Below are positions 1-8,484 of a DNA stretch of 64,000 nt, piece by piece. Source of the stretch: Actinomycetota bacterium (GTDB lineage: Bacteria; Actinomycetota; UBA4738; HRBIN12); NCBI GenBank assembly GCA_046731295.1, contig JBKPKU010000054.1, positions 52,833 through 116,832 of the forward strand, in the 5' to 3' direction. The translations under genes and the position numbers were made by a program. The notes beneath the pieces are model-generated. The model saw nothing but the letters and a program-made list of their open reading frames with translations. It made no database searches and was not told the DNA's origin. Positions within the stretch are counted from its first letter, which is position 1; each line of letters opens with the position of its first letter.

Positions 1-1113
1 ACCCTCCGTCTCCTGACCTACGCGCCCTCGGGCGCGCCCGTGGCCGCGCCGACAACTTCGCTGCCAGAGGTGCCCGGCGGCCAGGCGAACTGGGACTACC
101 GGTTCGCCTGGATCCGCGACGCGAGCATGCAGGTGGCCGCCTTCCTGGAGGCGGGAGCGATCGACGAGTCGAGGGCGTTCCTGTGGTGGATGCTCCACGC
201 CAGCCGGCGGAGCGCGCCGGATCTCCGCGTCCTGTACGACGTCATGGGCGGCGAAGGTCTGCACGAACGCGAGCTGCGGGACCTCCCCGGCTATCGCGAC
301 GCCCGCCCCGTCCGGGTGGGGAACGCGGCGGCGGAGCAGTTCCAGCTCGACGTCTACGGTTACATGATCGACGCGGGGTGGGGCTACATGCGAGAGACGG
401 GTGACCTGTACCGGGAGACCTGGCGGGAGCTCCGAGGACATGCCGACCTATTGGCCGCGCGCTGGGCCGAGCCGGACCACGGCATCTGGGAGCTTCGTGG
501 CCCGCGTCGCCACTTCGTCCATTCGAAGGTGATGTCGTGGATCGGCCTGGATCGCGCGCTGCGCGTCGGCGAGCGCCTGCACGTATCCGAGCGCCGGCGG
601 CGTCGGTGGTCCGAGGCTCGCGACGCGGTGGGGGACGCGGTTCGTCGGCTGGGTTTCAGCGAGGTCCTCGGCGCCTACGCCCAGTCCTACGGGTCCCGCG
701 ATCTTGATGCCGCCGTACTGGCGATGCCGATCGCGCGGATAGAGCCGAGGGACTCGCCCCGTCTGGTGGGAACGATCGAGGCGATCGCGCGCGGCCTCGA
801 TGCCGGGTACCCGCTGCTGTACCGGTTCGGCCCGACGGGCGAGGGCGCGTTCCTCCCATGTTCCTTCTGGTGGAGCCGCGCGCTGATCGAGACGGGCCGG
901 ATCGAGGAGGGCCGGGAGGTGCTCGAGGCGACGTGTGCGCTCGCGAACGAGCTCGGTCTGTTCGCCGAGGAGATGGACCCCGGGACGCGGGAACTCTCCG
1001 GGAACTTCCCGCAGGCGTTCACTCACGCGGCGCTCGTAGAGGCGGCCGGCGCCCTCGGGCGTGCGGAGGCGGTCAGGGCGAAAGGAACGTCCCGAGGATC
1101 GCTCCGAAGATGA
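1..1113 (+). CDS. Glycoside hydrolase family 15 (glucoamylase/glucodextranase-like) protein, C-terminal part; 5-prime end lies outside the window
   Basis: Frame 1 is open from base 1 (TLRLLTYAPSGAP...). Conserved GH15 catalytic-domain motifs (WDYRFAWIRDAS, DVYGY, GLFAEEMD). Stop at 1113. Confidence 0.8.
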   Translation, partial: TLRLLTYAPSGAPVAAPTTSLPEVPGGQANWDYRFAWIRDASMQVAAFLEAGAIDESRAFLWWMLHASRRSAPDLRVLYDVMGGEGLHERELRDLPGYRDARPVRVGNAAAEQFQLDVYGYMIDAGWGYMRETGDLYRETWRELRGHADLLAARWAEPDHGIWELRGPRRHFVHSKVMSWIGLDRALRVGERLHVSERRRRRWSEARDAVGDAVRRLGFSEVLGAYAQSYGSRDLDAAVLAMPIARIEPRDSPRLVGTIEAIARGLDAGYPLLYRFGPTGEGAFLPCSFWWSRALIETGRIEEGREVLEATCALANELGLFAEEMDPGTRELSGNFPQAFTHAALVEAAGALGRAEAVRAKGTSRGSLRR

Positions 1114-1549
1114 TGTGTGCGACGAGCGCGACGATCGGCGTCTCCCGCCCGTAGTTGAGGGCCAGCAGGCCCGGCGGCTCGAGCACGGCGTGCAGCTCCG
1201 GTCCCGACCGGTCCGTCGCCATCCTGGGATGGGCCCCGCTGGCGAGCGGGACGATCACGACGAGGGCGGCCAGTCCGTGCCACGCCCCGAACAGCGCGCC
1301 GATCCACCATTCGGCGCGACCGAGGATCGCGAACGCCGCCGCATAGCCAAGCGCGAAGACCTGTCCGTTCACGACGTGAACGAGGAAGCCGAGGGACCGC
1401 GCGCGATCGGGTCTGTCGGTGAACATCGTCCCCAGGATCAAGGGGATGTCCATCCGCGACAGGCCCGCCAACTGCGCGGCGACCATGATCCCGGTGAGCG
1501 TCACGGTGGCCGCGATCCCGAACACCGCCCAGCCGGCCCAGTCGATCAC
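1073..1549 (-). CDS. Hypothetical small integral membrane protein (about 4 TM helices)
   Basis: C-terminal ~150 aa of the 561-aa ORF is strongly hydrophobic (VIDWAGWAVFGIAATVTLTGIMVAAQLAG..., IIFGAILGTFLSP); the N-terminal remainder is Arg/Gly-rich and non-protein-like. Candidate GTG start at 1549 abuts the SDR stop at 1552. Start uncertain (alternative ATG at 1486). Confidence 0.5.
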   Translation of the reverse strand: MIDWAGWAVFGIAATVTLTGIMVAAQLAGLSRMDIPLILGTMFTDRPDRARSLGFLVHVVNGQVFALGYAAAFAILGRAEWWIGALFGAWHGLAALVVIVPLASGAHPRMATDRSGPELHAVLEPPGLLALNYGRETPIVALVAHIIFGAILGTFLSP

Positions 1550-1551
1550 GC

Positions 1552-2586
1552 CTACGCGCCTTCCGAGCGGTCGCGCGATCCGATCGCGACGGCGAGCGAA
1601 ACGGCGGCCGCGGCCGCCGGCGCGGCCCACCGGTGCTTGGTGAGCCATAGCTGCATCGTCCGTCCGTGTGCCCGTTCGTCGAACGGACCGTGCGCACCGG
1701 CGTCGGTCTCGACGGGCGCGTAAAGGTTGTCCGGTCGAGTCGGATCGCGCGGCTCCTGCGTCTGCTGGGCGCGATAGCCGGTCAGCGAGAGGTACCGATC
1801 GATCAGGCCCGGCATGATGCTGGACACGATCGTCCCGACTGTCGAGCCACCCACCCACGTCGACCGGCGCGGGTGGTCGAGTACCCACGCGATCGCGTCG
1901 GCCGCGATCTCGGGTTGATAGATCGGCGGCACCGGCCGGGCCTCGCGGTCGAGGAGGGAACGCACCCATCGGAACTGCGGCGTGTTGATCGCCGGCAGAT
2001 GCACCTCGCAGATGCGGACGTTGCTCCGCTCGTGCAGGAGCTCGGCCCGCAGCGAGTCGTCGAACCCCCGGATCGCGTGCTTGGACGCGCAGTACGCCGA
2101 CTGCAGCGGGATGCCGCGGAAGGCCAGCGCCGAGCCCACCTGCACGATCACGCCGCGGTCTCGCGGCCGCATCCGGTCGAGCGCCGCCCGGGTCCCGTAG
2201 ACGTAGCCGAGGTAGGTCACCTCGGTGACGCGGTGAACGTCGTCCAGCGGGATCTCGGTGAACGGCCCGAACACCGAGGTCATCGCGTTGTTGACCCAGG
2301 CGTCGATCGGGCCCAGCTCGCGTTCGACATCGTCCGCGGCTGCCGCCACGGCTGCCGCGTCGGCGATGTCGACCGAGACGGAGATCGCCCTCGCGCCCGC
2401 CGCCTCCACCTCCGCCGAGGTGGCGTCGAGGCCTTTCTGTCCGCGGGCCAGCAATCCGAGGGACCACCCGCGACGCGCCAGCGCCCGGGCCGTGGCCCGG
2501 CCGACGCCTGCAGTCCCGCCGGTGATCACGGCGACCCTGGGCCGCTTGCGTTCGAACGGTCTGTCCGGTGTTGACCGGTCGGCCAT
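1552..2586 (-). CDS. Short-chain dehydrogenase/reductase (SDR) family oxidoreductase
   Basis: N-terminal TGGTAGVGRATARALARRG nucleotide-binding motif and Y-x3-K catalytic motif (YCASKHAIRGF); 344 aa. Confidence 0.85.
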   Translation of the reverse strand: MADRSTPDRPFERKRPRVAVITGGTAGVGRATARALARRGWSLGLLARGQKGLDATSAEVEAAGARAISVSVDIADAAAVAAAADDVERELGPIDAWVNNAMTSVFGPFTEIPLDDVHRVTEVTYLGYVYGTRAALDRMRPRDRGVIVQVGSALAFRGIPLQSAYCASKHAIRGFDDSLRAELLHERSNVRICEVHLPAINTPQFRWVRSLLDREARPVPPIYQPEIAADAIAWVLDHPRRSTWVGGSTVGTIVSSIMPGLIDRYLSLTGYRAQQTQEPRDPTRPDNLYAPVETDAGAHGPFDERAHGRTMQLWLTKHRWAAPAAAAAVSLAVAIGSRDRSEGA

Positions 2587-2733
2587 GACATCGAGATACC
2601 CAGGCCAGGAAGGCTGTACGCGGGGTTGTTGGTTTGACCGCGGCCCCTACGGAGTGCATCGTTGCGCGGGCGGGTGCCCGCGGCCGATGCGCGCGCGGAC
2701 AACGCCGCGTGGTTCCCGAGGAAGGGGGGACGG

Positions 2734-4356
2734 ATGGACGTGAGCGACCAGGCAGCACGGGACACGGCCGACCTCGAGAAGTTCGGCTACAAGCAGGAGC
2801 TGAAGCGTGAGCTGGGCACGTTCAGCTCGTTCGCGGTCGCGTTCAGCTACATCTCGCCGTCCACGGGGATCTTCACGCTGTTCTTCCTGGGGATGGCCGC
2901 GCTTGGAGCCAGGCTGTGGTGGGGCTGGCCCGTCGTCTGCCTGTTCCAGTTCATCGTCGCCATGAACTTCGCCGAGGTCACGAGCCACTTCCCGCTGGCC
3001 GGGTCGGTGTTTCAGTGGACGAAGTACCTCGCCGGTCGCGGCTACGCCTGGTTTACGGGCTGGTTCTACTTATTCGCGGGGATCCTGACCGTCGCCTCGG
3101 TATGCGCGACGCTGCCGATCGCGCTGCTACCAGCGTTGAACCAGATGTTTGGTTGGCACCTGAATACGGACCTGGGCAGCGCCGATCAGAAGATCACCGC
3201 GCTCGTGACGCTGCTGTTGATCACGATCTTGAACATATACGGCGTGAAACTCGTCGCGATCGTGAACAACACCGGGGTCTTCTTCGAGATCCTTGGCATG
3301 GTGGTCTTCGCCGCATTCCTCGCCATCGTCCACAACAACCAGGGCCTCGGCGTGATCTTCAGCTCGTCGGCGACGGGCAACTACGGTCAGTTTCCGGCCT
3401 CGACCACGTTGGGGTTCTTCCTGGTCGGGATGTTCATGTCGTTATACGTCGTCTATGGGTTCGACACCGCGTCGACCTTGGCGGAGGAGACCCGCGACCC
3501 GAAACGGGAGGCCCCCAAGGCCGTCCTTGCATCCGTGATCGGTGCCTTCGTGATCGGCGCCATCTTCCTGTGGGGCGTGCTGGTCGCCGTGCCGGACATG
3601 AAGGAGGCCGTGACGGGCTTCTTCGGCGCACAGACGGTGATCGAGAGCGTGATGACGTCCGCGGGGTCCACGCTGTACCTGCTGGTGGTCTCGGCGGCGA
3701 TCTTCGTCTGCTGCCTCGCGATCCTCACGTCGACGATCCGGCTCGGGTTCGGCATGGCTCGGGACAACCAACTGCCGTTCTCCAGGCCACTGGCGAAGGT
3801 GAGCCCGAGGCTCCATACGCCGATCTTGTCGTGCATCGTGATCGGCGCGCTCTCGGCGGTCCCCTTCATCCAGTTCGCCGGCGCGGCGGTCATCGCGGTC
3901 GGCGCCACCGCCTCGATCTACTTCAGCTATCTGCTCGGGAACCTGGCCTTCATGCGGGCTCGGGTGAAGGGTTGGCCGAGGACGAAGGCTCCCTTCAGCC
4001 TCGGCGTCTGGGGCAAGGTCGTGAACGTCGTGGCGATCCTGTGGGGCGCTGCGATGCTGCTGAACTTCCTGACGCCGTCGCCGGTCAACTCGGCCTTCGA
4101 CCCGAACGCCTCGGGTGCCTCCTACCTCCGGATCTTCTCGAACCCGAAGCCGATCCAGACGGACTACTACGAGCAGGGCAAGCAGCTGGTGGACTTCAAG
4201 ATCGACTTCCTCAACAAGATCCCGGTCATCTGGACCGCGTTCGCGGTCATCGCGATCCTCGGGGCTCTCTACTACCTGCTGTCACAGCGCAAGAAGGCGT
4301 ATACGCCACCGAAACAGCCCGAGGAGGACTTGACCGGCATCGTGTCGACTACCTGA
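2734..4356 (+). CDS. APC-superfamily amino acid/choline-type permease
   Basis: 12-TM protein with APC signature regions; start ATG 2734 preceded by GAAGGGGGGA RBS. The upstream 24 codons of the ORF were rejected (no RBS, Arg-rich). Confidence 0.85.
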   Translation: MDVSDQAARDTADLEKFGYKQELKRELGTFSSFAVAFSYISPSTGIFTLFFLGMAALGARLWWGWPVVCLFQFIVAMNFAEVTSHFPLAGSVFQWTKYLAGRGYAWFTGWFYLFAGILTVASVCATLPIALLPALNQMFGWHLNTDLGSADQKITALVTLLLITILNIYGVKLVAIVNNTGVFFEILGMVVFAAFLAIVHNNQGLGVIFSSSATGNYGQFPASTTLGFFLVGMFMSLYVVYGFDTASTLAEETRDPKREAPKAVLASVIGAFVIGAIFLWGVLVAVPDMKEAVTGFFGAQTVIESVMTSAGSTLYLLVVSAAIFVCCLAILTSTIRLGFGMARDNQLPFSRPLAKVSPRLHTPILSCIVIGALSAVPFIQFAGAAVIAVGATASIYFSYLLGNLAFMRARVKGWPRTKAPFSLGVWGKVVNVVAILWGAAMLLNFLTPSPVNSAFDPNASGASYLRIFSNPKPIQTDYYEQGKQLVDFKIDFLNKIPVIWTAFAVIAILGALYYLLSQRKKAYTPPKQPEEDLTGIVSTT

Positions 4357-4374
4357 GGACCGCGAAGCGTTCGG

Positions 4375-4402
4375 ACGAAGGGGGGAGCCTTGTCCCCCCT
4401 TC
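4375..4402 (+). terminator. Perfect 11-bp stem hairpin (cgaagggggga-gccttg-tccccccttcg) just downstream of the permease gene
   Basis: Inverted repeat read directly from the sequence, 19 nt after the permease stop. No strong U-tract, which is common in high-GC actinobacteria. Confidence 0.4.
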
Positions 4403-4427
4403 GTCATCGCGTGCCATCATCGTCGCC

Positions 4428-4796
4428 GTGAAGATCCTCGCGACACCGAGGGCCGCGGACTACATCAGGGACCGGGGCGGGTCGGTCTGGGTGTGGCTGG
4501 ACCCGCACCGTGGGATCGTCGGCTCGTACGTGTGGCTCGAGGCGCATTGCGAACATCCGCGCACGAGCCGCCGGTCGAGCTTCACACGCAGCTCGCGGCG
4601 GCCACATCGGTTCCGATCGGTGGCGGATGGGGCCATCACCCTGCACTACGACTTCGGGAACCTGGATCCGCCCGCCGAGCTCCATCTTGACCGCAAGGGG
4701 TGGCGCCCCGGTTCGCACCGGCTCGAGGCCTACTGGAACGGATCGATCTTCGTCGATCCGGATCTTCCGCCGCCCGGCCCGGACCACCGCTCGTGA
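4428..4796 (+). CDS. Hypothetical protein (~122 aa), weakly supported
   Basis: GTG start directly after the hairpin. High GC3 codon pattern throughout, protein-like composition (VKILATPRAADYIRDRGGSVWVWLDPH...), no recognisable family and no clear RBS. Convergent with the DMGO gene. Confidence 0.3.
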   Translation: MKILATPRAADYIRDRGGSVWVWLDPHRGIVGSYVWLEAHCEHPRTSRRSSFTRSSRRPHRFRSVADGAITLHYDFGNLDPPAELHLDRKGWRPGSHRLEAYWNGSIFVDPDLPPPGPDHRS

Positions 4797-4816
4797 ACCT
4801 GATCGCCGGCTGAGCG

Positions 4817-7273
4817 TCAGGCCCTGATCCGGTCGCCCCTCGGGTCGTAGAGCGGCTCCCGCGCGACCTCGGCGCCGATCCACTCGCCGAAGACCTCGAC
4901 CTCGAGCCGCGTGCCGACCTCGGCGAGACCGGGGGGCATGTACGCGAAAGCGATGCTCCGGCCGACCGTGTAGCCGATCCCGCCCGAGGTCACGCGCGAG
5001 ACGACGTCCCCGCCCGACCGGACCGGCTCGTTGCCGAGCGTGGACGACCTTGGGTCGTCGAGTACCAGGCACGCGAGGGTGCGCCCCTCCTCCGCACGCC
5101 TGCGCTCCAGGGCCGCTCGTCCGATGAAGTCCTTGCCGGGCGCGACGGCGAACGCGAGGCCGGCCTCGACCGGGGAGTCGTCGGGCGTCACGTCCGAGCC
5201 CCATGCTCGATACCCCTTCTCGAGCCTGAGCGAGTCGATCGCCCGATACCCGCCCGGCACCAGCCCGCGAGGCTCCCCGGCCGCCATCAGCGTGTCGAAC
5301 AACGCCGCCCCGAACTCGATCGGCGCGTAGAGCTCCCACCCGAGCTCGCCCACGTACGTGATACGCACCGCCAGGCACGGGACGTCGCCGACCGTGACCT
5401 CACGTGCGGCCATGAAGGGGAAGGCCTCGTTCGACAGGTCGTCGGGACAGACCGACGAGAGGATGTCGCGCGCGCGAGGACCCCACAGGCCGAGGCACGC
5501 GAGAGATGACGTCACGTCGCGGATCTCGACCCGGTCGGCGTCGTCGCGCTGCTTCGTGATCCATCCGAGGTCGAGGCTGCCCGATGCCGTCCCGGTGATG
5601 ATCCGGTAGCGGTCGTCCGCCAACCGCGTGACCGTGAGGTCGCACTGGATGCCGCCGCGGCGGTTCAGCATCTGGGTGTAGACGACACGGCCGGCCGAGA
5701 CGTCGACGTCGTTCGCGCAGATCCGCTGCAGGAACGCGCACGACTCGGCGCCCGAGACCTCGATCTTGGCGAAGCTCGTCTCGTCGAACAGCCCGGCCCG
5801 CTCGCGCGTTGCCACGTGCTCGGCCGGGATCGCCGTCGACCAGTGCTGCCCGGCCCACCCCCGCGGGCGCATCTCGGCGAACCTCTCGTCCTCGTTGCTC
5901 GCGAACCAGTTCGCACGCTCCCACCCCGCCTTCTCGCCGAACGCGGCGCCGAGCGACGCGAGCCTCGTGTACGTCGGCGAGATCCTGAGGGGACGGCCGG
6001 CCTCGACCTCCTCGCCCGGGTACTTCACGTCGTAATGCTTGGCGTAGATCTCGTAGGCGCGCGCGAGCGCGAACCCCCGACTGCGGTACTGCCGGCCGAA
6101 CCGCCGGACGTCCATCTTCGACAGGTCCATCGACGGTTCGCCCTCGACGATCCACTCGGCCGTGTAGCGGCCGACACCCGCCCCGCCGGTGATGCCGTGC
6201 GCACAGAACCCGGCCGCGACGAACAGGCCGCGCACCTCGGTCTCGCCCAGGATGAAGTCGTCGTCGGGTGTGAAGGCCTCGGGGCCGTTGATGAACCGGT
6301 TGATCTCGGTCGTGCGCAGCGCCGGGATCAGGTTGAAGGCTCCCTGCGCGATCGGCTCGAAACGCTCCCACCTCTCCTCGAGCAGCCGGTGGTTGAAGTC
6401 CGGCGGGATCGGCGTGCGGACGTTCCAGGGGTCGGGGTTGCGCTCGTAGCCGCCCACGACGAGGCCGCCCACCTCCTCGCGCACGTAGACGAGGTTGTCC
6501 GGGTCGCGCAGCGTCGGGAAGGCCGACGTGACCCCCTCGATCGGCCGGGTGATCAGGTACTGGTGCTCCATCGGCACGACCGGGATCTCCAGCCCGGCAA
6601 GGCCGCCGAGCTCGTGCGCCCAGATCCCGCCCGCGATGACCACGACCTCGGCCTCGATCGGGCCCGCGTCCGTGACCACGCCCCGAACGCGTTCGTCGCG
6701 GACCGGGATCTGGACGACGCGGACCCCGGTCCGGATCCGCGTGCCGCCGCGCTTGGCCCCTTCCGCGAGCGCCATCGTGAGGCCGGTCGGGTCCAGGTGG
6801 CCGTCGGAGGGCACGAACTGCGCGCCCAGGACGTTCGAGGCCTCGATCAGCGGGAACCGCTCGTGCGCCTCGGCCGCCGAGACCATCTCGACAGGCAGCC
6901 CGAAGCTCTTGGCCCAGCCCGCCTGCCGCTCGAGCGCCTCGAGCCGGTACTCGGAGGAGGCGAGGTGCAGCGTTCCCACCTGGTGCCAGCCGGGATCGAT
7001 CCCGGTCTCGTCGTGCAGTCGCGGATACAGCTCGACCCCGTACATCATCATCCGGGTGTGGCTGACCGAGTTCCGCAGCTGCGCGACCAGGCCGGCCGAA
7101 TGGAACGTCGACCCGCTCGTGAGCTCGGAGCGGTCCAGGAGCAGCACGTCGTTCCAGCCCATCTTCGTCAGGTGGTAGGCGATGCTCGCGCCGGCGACGC
7201 CGCCGCCCACGATCACGGCGTGCGCGCGGTCCTCGCTCACGGGGCGATCGGCCGGGACGCCAGCTCGAGCCAT
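4817..7273 (-). CDS. Dimethylglycine oxidase / sarcosine dehydrogenase family protein (FAD-dependent oxidoreductase fused to a GcvT-type aminomethyltransferase folate-binding domain)
   Basis: N-terminal HAVIVGGGVAGASIAYHL dinucleotide-binding motif and DAO domain; C-terminal GcvT-like domain (ITYVGELGWELY, GGYRAIDSLRLEKGY). Start set at MARAGVP (818 aa); the upstream 119 codons of the ORF are Arg/Gly-rich and were rejected. Confidence 0.85.
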   Translation of the reverse strand: MARAGVPADRPVSEDRAHAVIVGGGVAGASIAYHLTKMGWNDVLLLDRSELTSGSTFHSAGLVAQLRNSVSHTRMMMYGVELYPRLHDETGIDPGWHQVGTLHLASSEYRLEALERQAGWAKSFGLPVEMVSAAEAHERFPLIEASNVLGAQFVPSDGHLDPTGLTMALAEGAKRGGTRIRTGVRVVQIPVRDERVRGVVTDAGPIEAEVVVIAGGIWAHELGGLAGLEIPVVPMEHQYLITRPIEGVTSAFPTLRDPDNLVYVREEVGGLVVGGYERNPDPWNVRTPIPPDFNHRLLEERWERFEPIAQGAFNLIPALRTTEINRFINGPEAFTPDDDFILGETEVRGLFVAAGFCAHGITGGAGVGRYTAEWIVEGEPSMDLSKMDVRRFGRQYRSRGFALARAYEIYAKHYDVKYPGEEVEAGRPLRISPTYTRLASLGAAFGEKAGWERANWFASNEDERFAEMRPRGWAGQHWSTAIPAEHVATRERAGLFDETSFAKIEVSGAESCAFLQRICANDVDVSAGRVVYTQMLNRRGGIQCDLTVTRLADDRYRIITGTASGSLDLGWITKQRDDADRVEIRDVTSSLACLGLWGPRARDILSSVCPDDLSNEAFPFMAAREVTVGDVPCLAVRITYVGELGWELYAPIEFGAALFDTLMAAGEPRGLVPGGYRAIDSLRLEKGYRAWGSDVTPDDSPVEAGLAFAVAPGKDFIGRAALERRRAEEGRTLACLVLDDPRSSTLGNEPVRSGGDVVSRVTSGGIGYTVGRSIAFAYMPPGLAEVGTRLEVEVFGEWIGAEVAREPLYDPRGDRIRA

Positions 7274-8157
7274 CCCTCGAAACGTTCGTCCGCCATCGAC
7301 CGCAACAGGCGGTCGAAGTGCCGCCCCGCATAGGCGACATAGTCGATGTCCAGCGTCGACAGCGCCTGCTGCACCACGCCCCACATCGCCTCGCGGAAGT
7401 CCGACATGATCCGCATCAGGTGTAGGCGGGCGCGGTGCGCGTCGGTCACCTCGTCGAACATCAGCCCGAGCAGCGCCTCCTGCGAGTCCTCGGACAGCGC
7501 GTTGTTGATCGACAGGTTGCCCAGGTCGAAGAACGGGTCGCCCATGCCCGCGTACTCGTAGTCGACCAACCAGAACCCGTCGTCGCCGCGCAGGAAGTTG
7601 TCGGCCAGCAGGTCGTTGTGGCACGGGCACTCGGGCACGGGCGCCTGGGCAAACGCCTCCTCGATGCGTCCCGCGCGCTCGTGCGCGGGCTCGAACGCGT
7701 CCGGGATCGCGACGCCCCGCTCATGCGCGATCCGCCGGTAGTCCTCGACGATCCTGAAGGCCTCGAACGAGCACGGCAAACGCGGTCCGGCGTGGATCGT
7801 GCGGACCACGCGCGCCACGTCCGCGAGCACATTCTCCTGCTCCATGTCGCCCTCGGCCAGGGGCTCCCCCGGGACCCAGCCGGTGATCAGGCAGCGGTGC
7901 TGGGGCAGGTGGGCCACGACCTCGGGGCCGACGCCGGCCGCTGCCGCGTCGAGTGCGGCCTCGTACTCCGCGGCGCGGTCGATGCCCAGCAGCGCGGTGT
8001 CCTCGTCGGACAGGCGCAGGAAGAAGGCCGCGCCGCCCACCTCGACGCGGAAGTTCCGGTTCGTCCGTCCCGCGTCGATCGGCGTCACGGTCGGCTCGTG
8101 CGTCCGCCATTCGGGAACGGCGGCGATCACCGCCGCCAGTTGGGGGTCCTGGAGCAC
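7237..8157 (-). CDS. Choline/ethanolamine kinase - aminoglycoside phosphotransferase (APH) family protein
   Basis: Kinase-fold motifs: Brenner HNDLLADNFL and the DYEYAGMGDPFFDLGN Mg-binding loop, typical of ChoK/APH. Overlaps the DMGO start by 37 nt. Confidence 0.75.
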   Translation of the reverse strand: MLQDPQLAAVIAAVPEWRTHEPTVTPIDAGRTNRNFRVEVGGAAFFLRLSDEDTALLGIDRAAEYEAALDAAAAGVGPEVVAHLPQHRCLITGWVPGEPLAEGDMEQENVLADVARVVRTIHAGPRLPCSFEAFRIVEDYRRIAHERGVAIPDAFEPAHERAGRIEEAFAQAPVPECPCHNDLLADNFLRGDDGFWLVDYEYAGMGDPFFDLGNLSINNALSEDSQEALLGLMFDEVTDAHRARLHLMRIMSDFREAMWGVVQQALSTLDIDYVAYAGRHFDRLLRSMADERFEGWLELASRPIAP

Positions 8158-8263
8158 GCGGCGACGCTAGAGGGGGTGACCGCGCTGGGTCAAGGCGAGG
8201 CCGCCCCGAACGACCCAGCCGGGTGTGGGGCGGCCGGCCGTGCCGGGTCACCCGTCTGGTGGG

Positions 8264-8291
8264 TTGACAGGCACAGAGCGGTCCGTACACT
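8264..8291 (+). promoter_or_regulatory. Sigma-70-like promoter: TTGACA, 16-nt spacer, TACACT
   Basis: Hexamers read directly from the sequence in the divergent intergenic region. The predicted TSS lies 2-3 nt before the leader ATG, so the leader mRNA would be leaderless. Confidence 0.4.
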
Positions 8292-8300
8292 GGCCCAACC

Positions 8301-8354
8301 ATGCAGACGATGTTGGAGAAGACCGGGCCGCAGGCACTCGTACTTATTCCGTAG
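8301..8354 (+). CDS. Putative ilv operon leader peptide MQTMLEKTGPQALVLIP (17 aa)
   Basis: Short ORF immediately after the promoter that ends in consecutive branched-chain codons (Leu-Val-Leu-Ile). It is followed by a nested hairpin (8355-8390) and a terminator hairpin with a T-tract. Confidence 0.45.
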   Translation: MQTMLEKTGPQALVLIP

Positions 8355-8394
8355 GCGCGGCCGGGCCGAGACAGGCCCGGGTCCCGCGCCAGAC

Positions 8395-8422
8395 GCCCCT
8401 CGCGCAGCGAGGGGCTTTTTGT
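8395..8422 (+). terminator. Rho-independent attenuator terminator (gcccctcgc-gca-gcgaggggc followed by TTTTT)
   Basis: 9-bp GC stem, 3-nt loop and T5 run. It sits between the leader ORF and the first structural gene, the classic attenuator arrangement. Confidence 0.5.
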
Positions 8423-8484
8423 ACGCCTCGCGGGGCGATCGGCGAGGCCGGCGATCAGGTCGACGACACGGAGAGGAGATCCAG

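Noticed and set aside
1073-2758. 561-aa minus-strand ORF spanning the SDR gene region
   Set aside because: Only the last ~150 codons are protein-like (membrane protein). The rest is Arg/Gly/Pro-rich translation of the opposite or alternate frame of the SDR gene, a typical high-GC artefact.
5400-7340. 646-aa minus-strand and 505-aa plus-strand ORFs inside the DMGO gene
   Set aside because: Alternate or antisense frames of a gene with clear FAD/GcvT homology; RGD-rich low-complexity products and no RBS.
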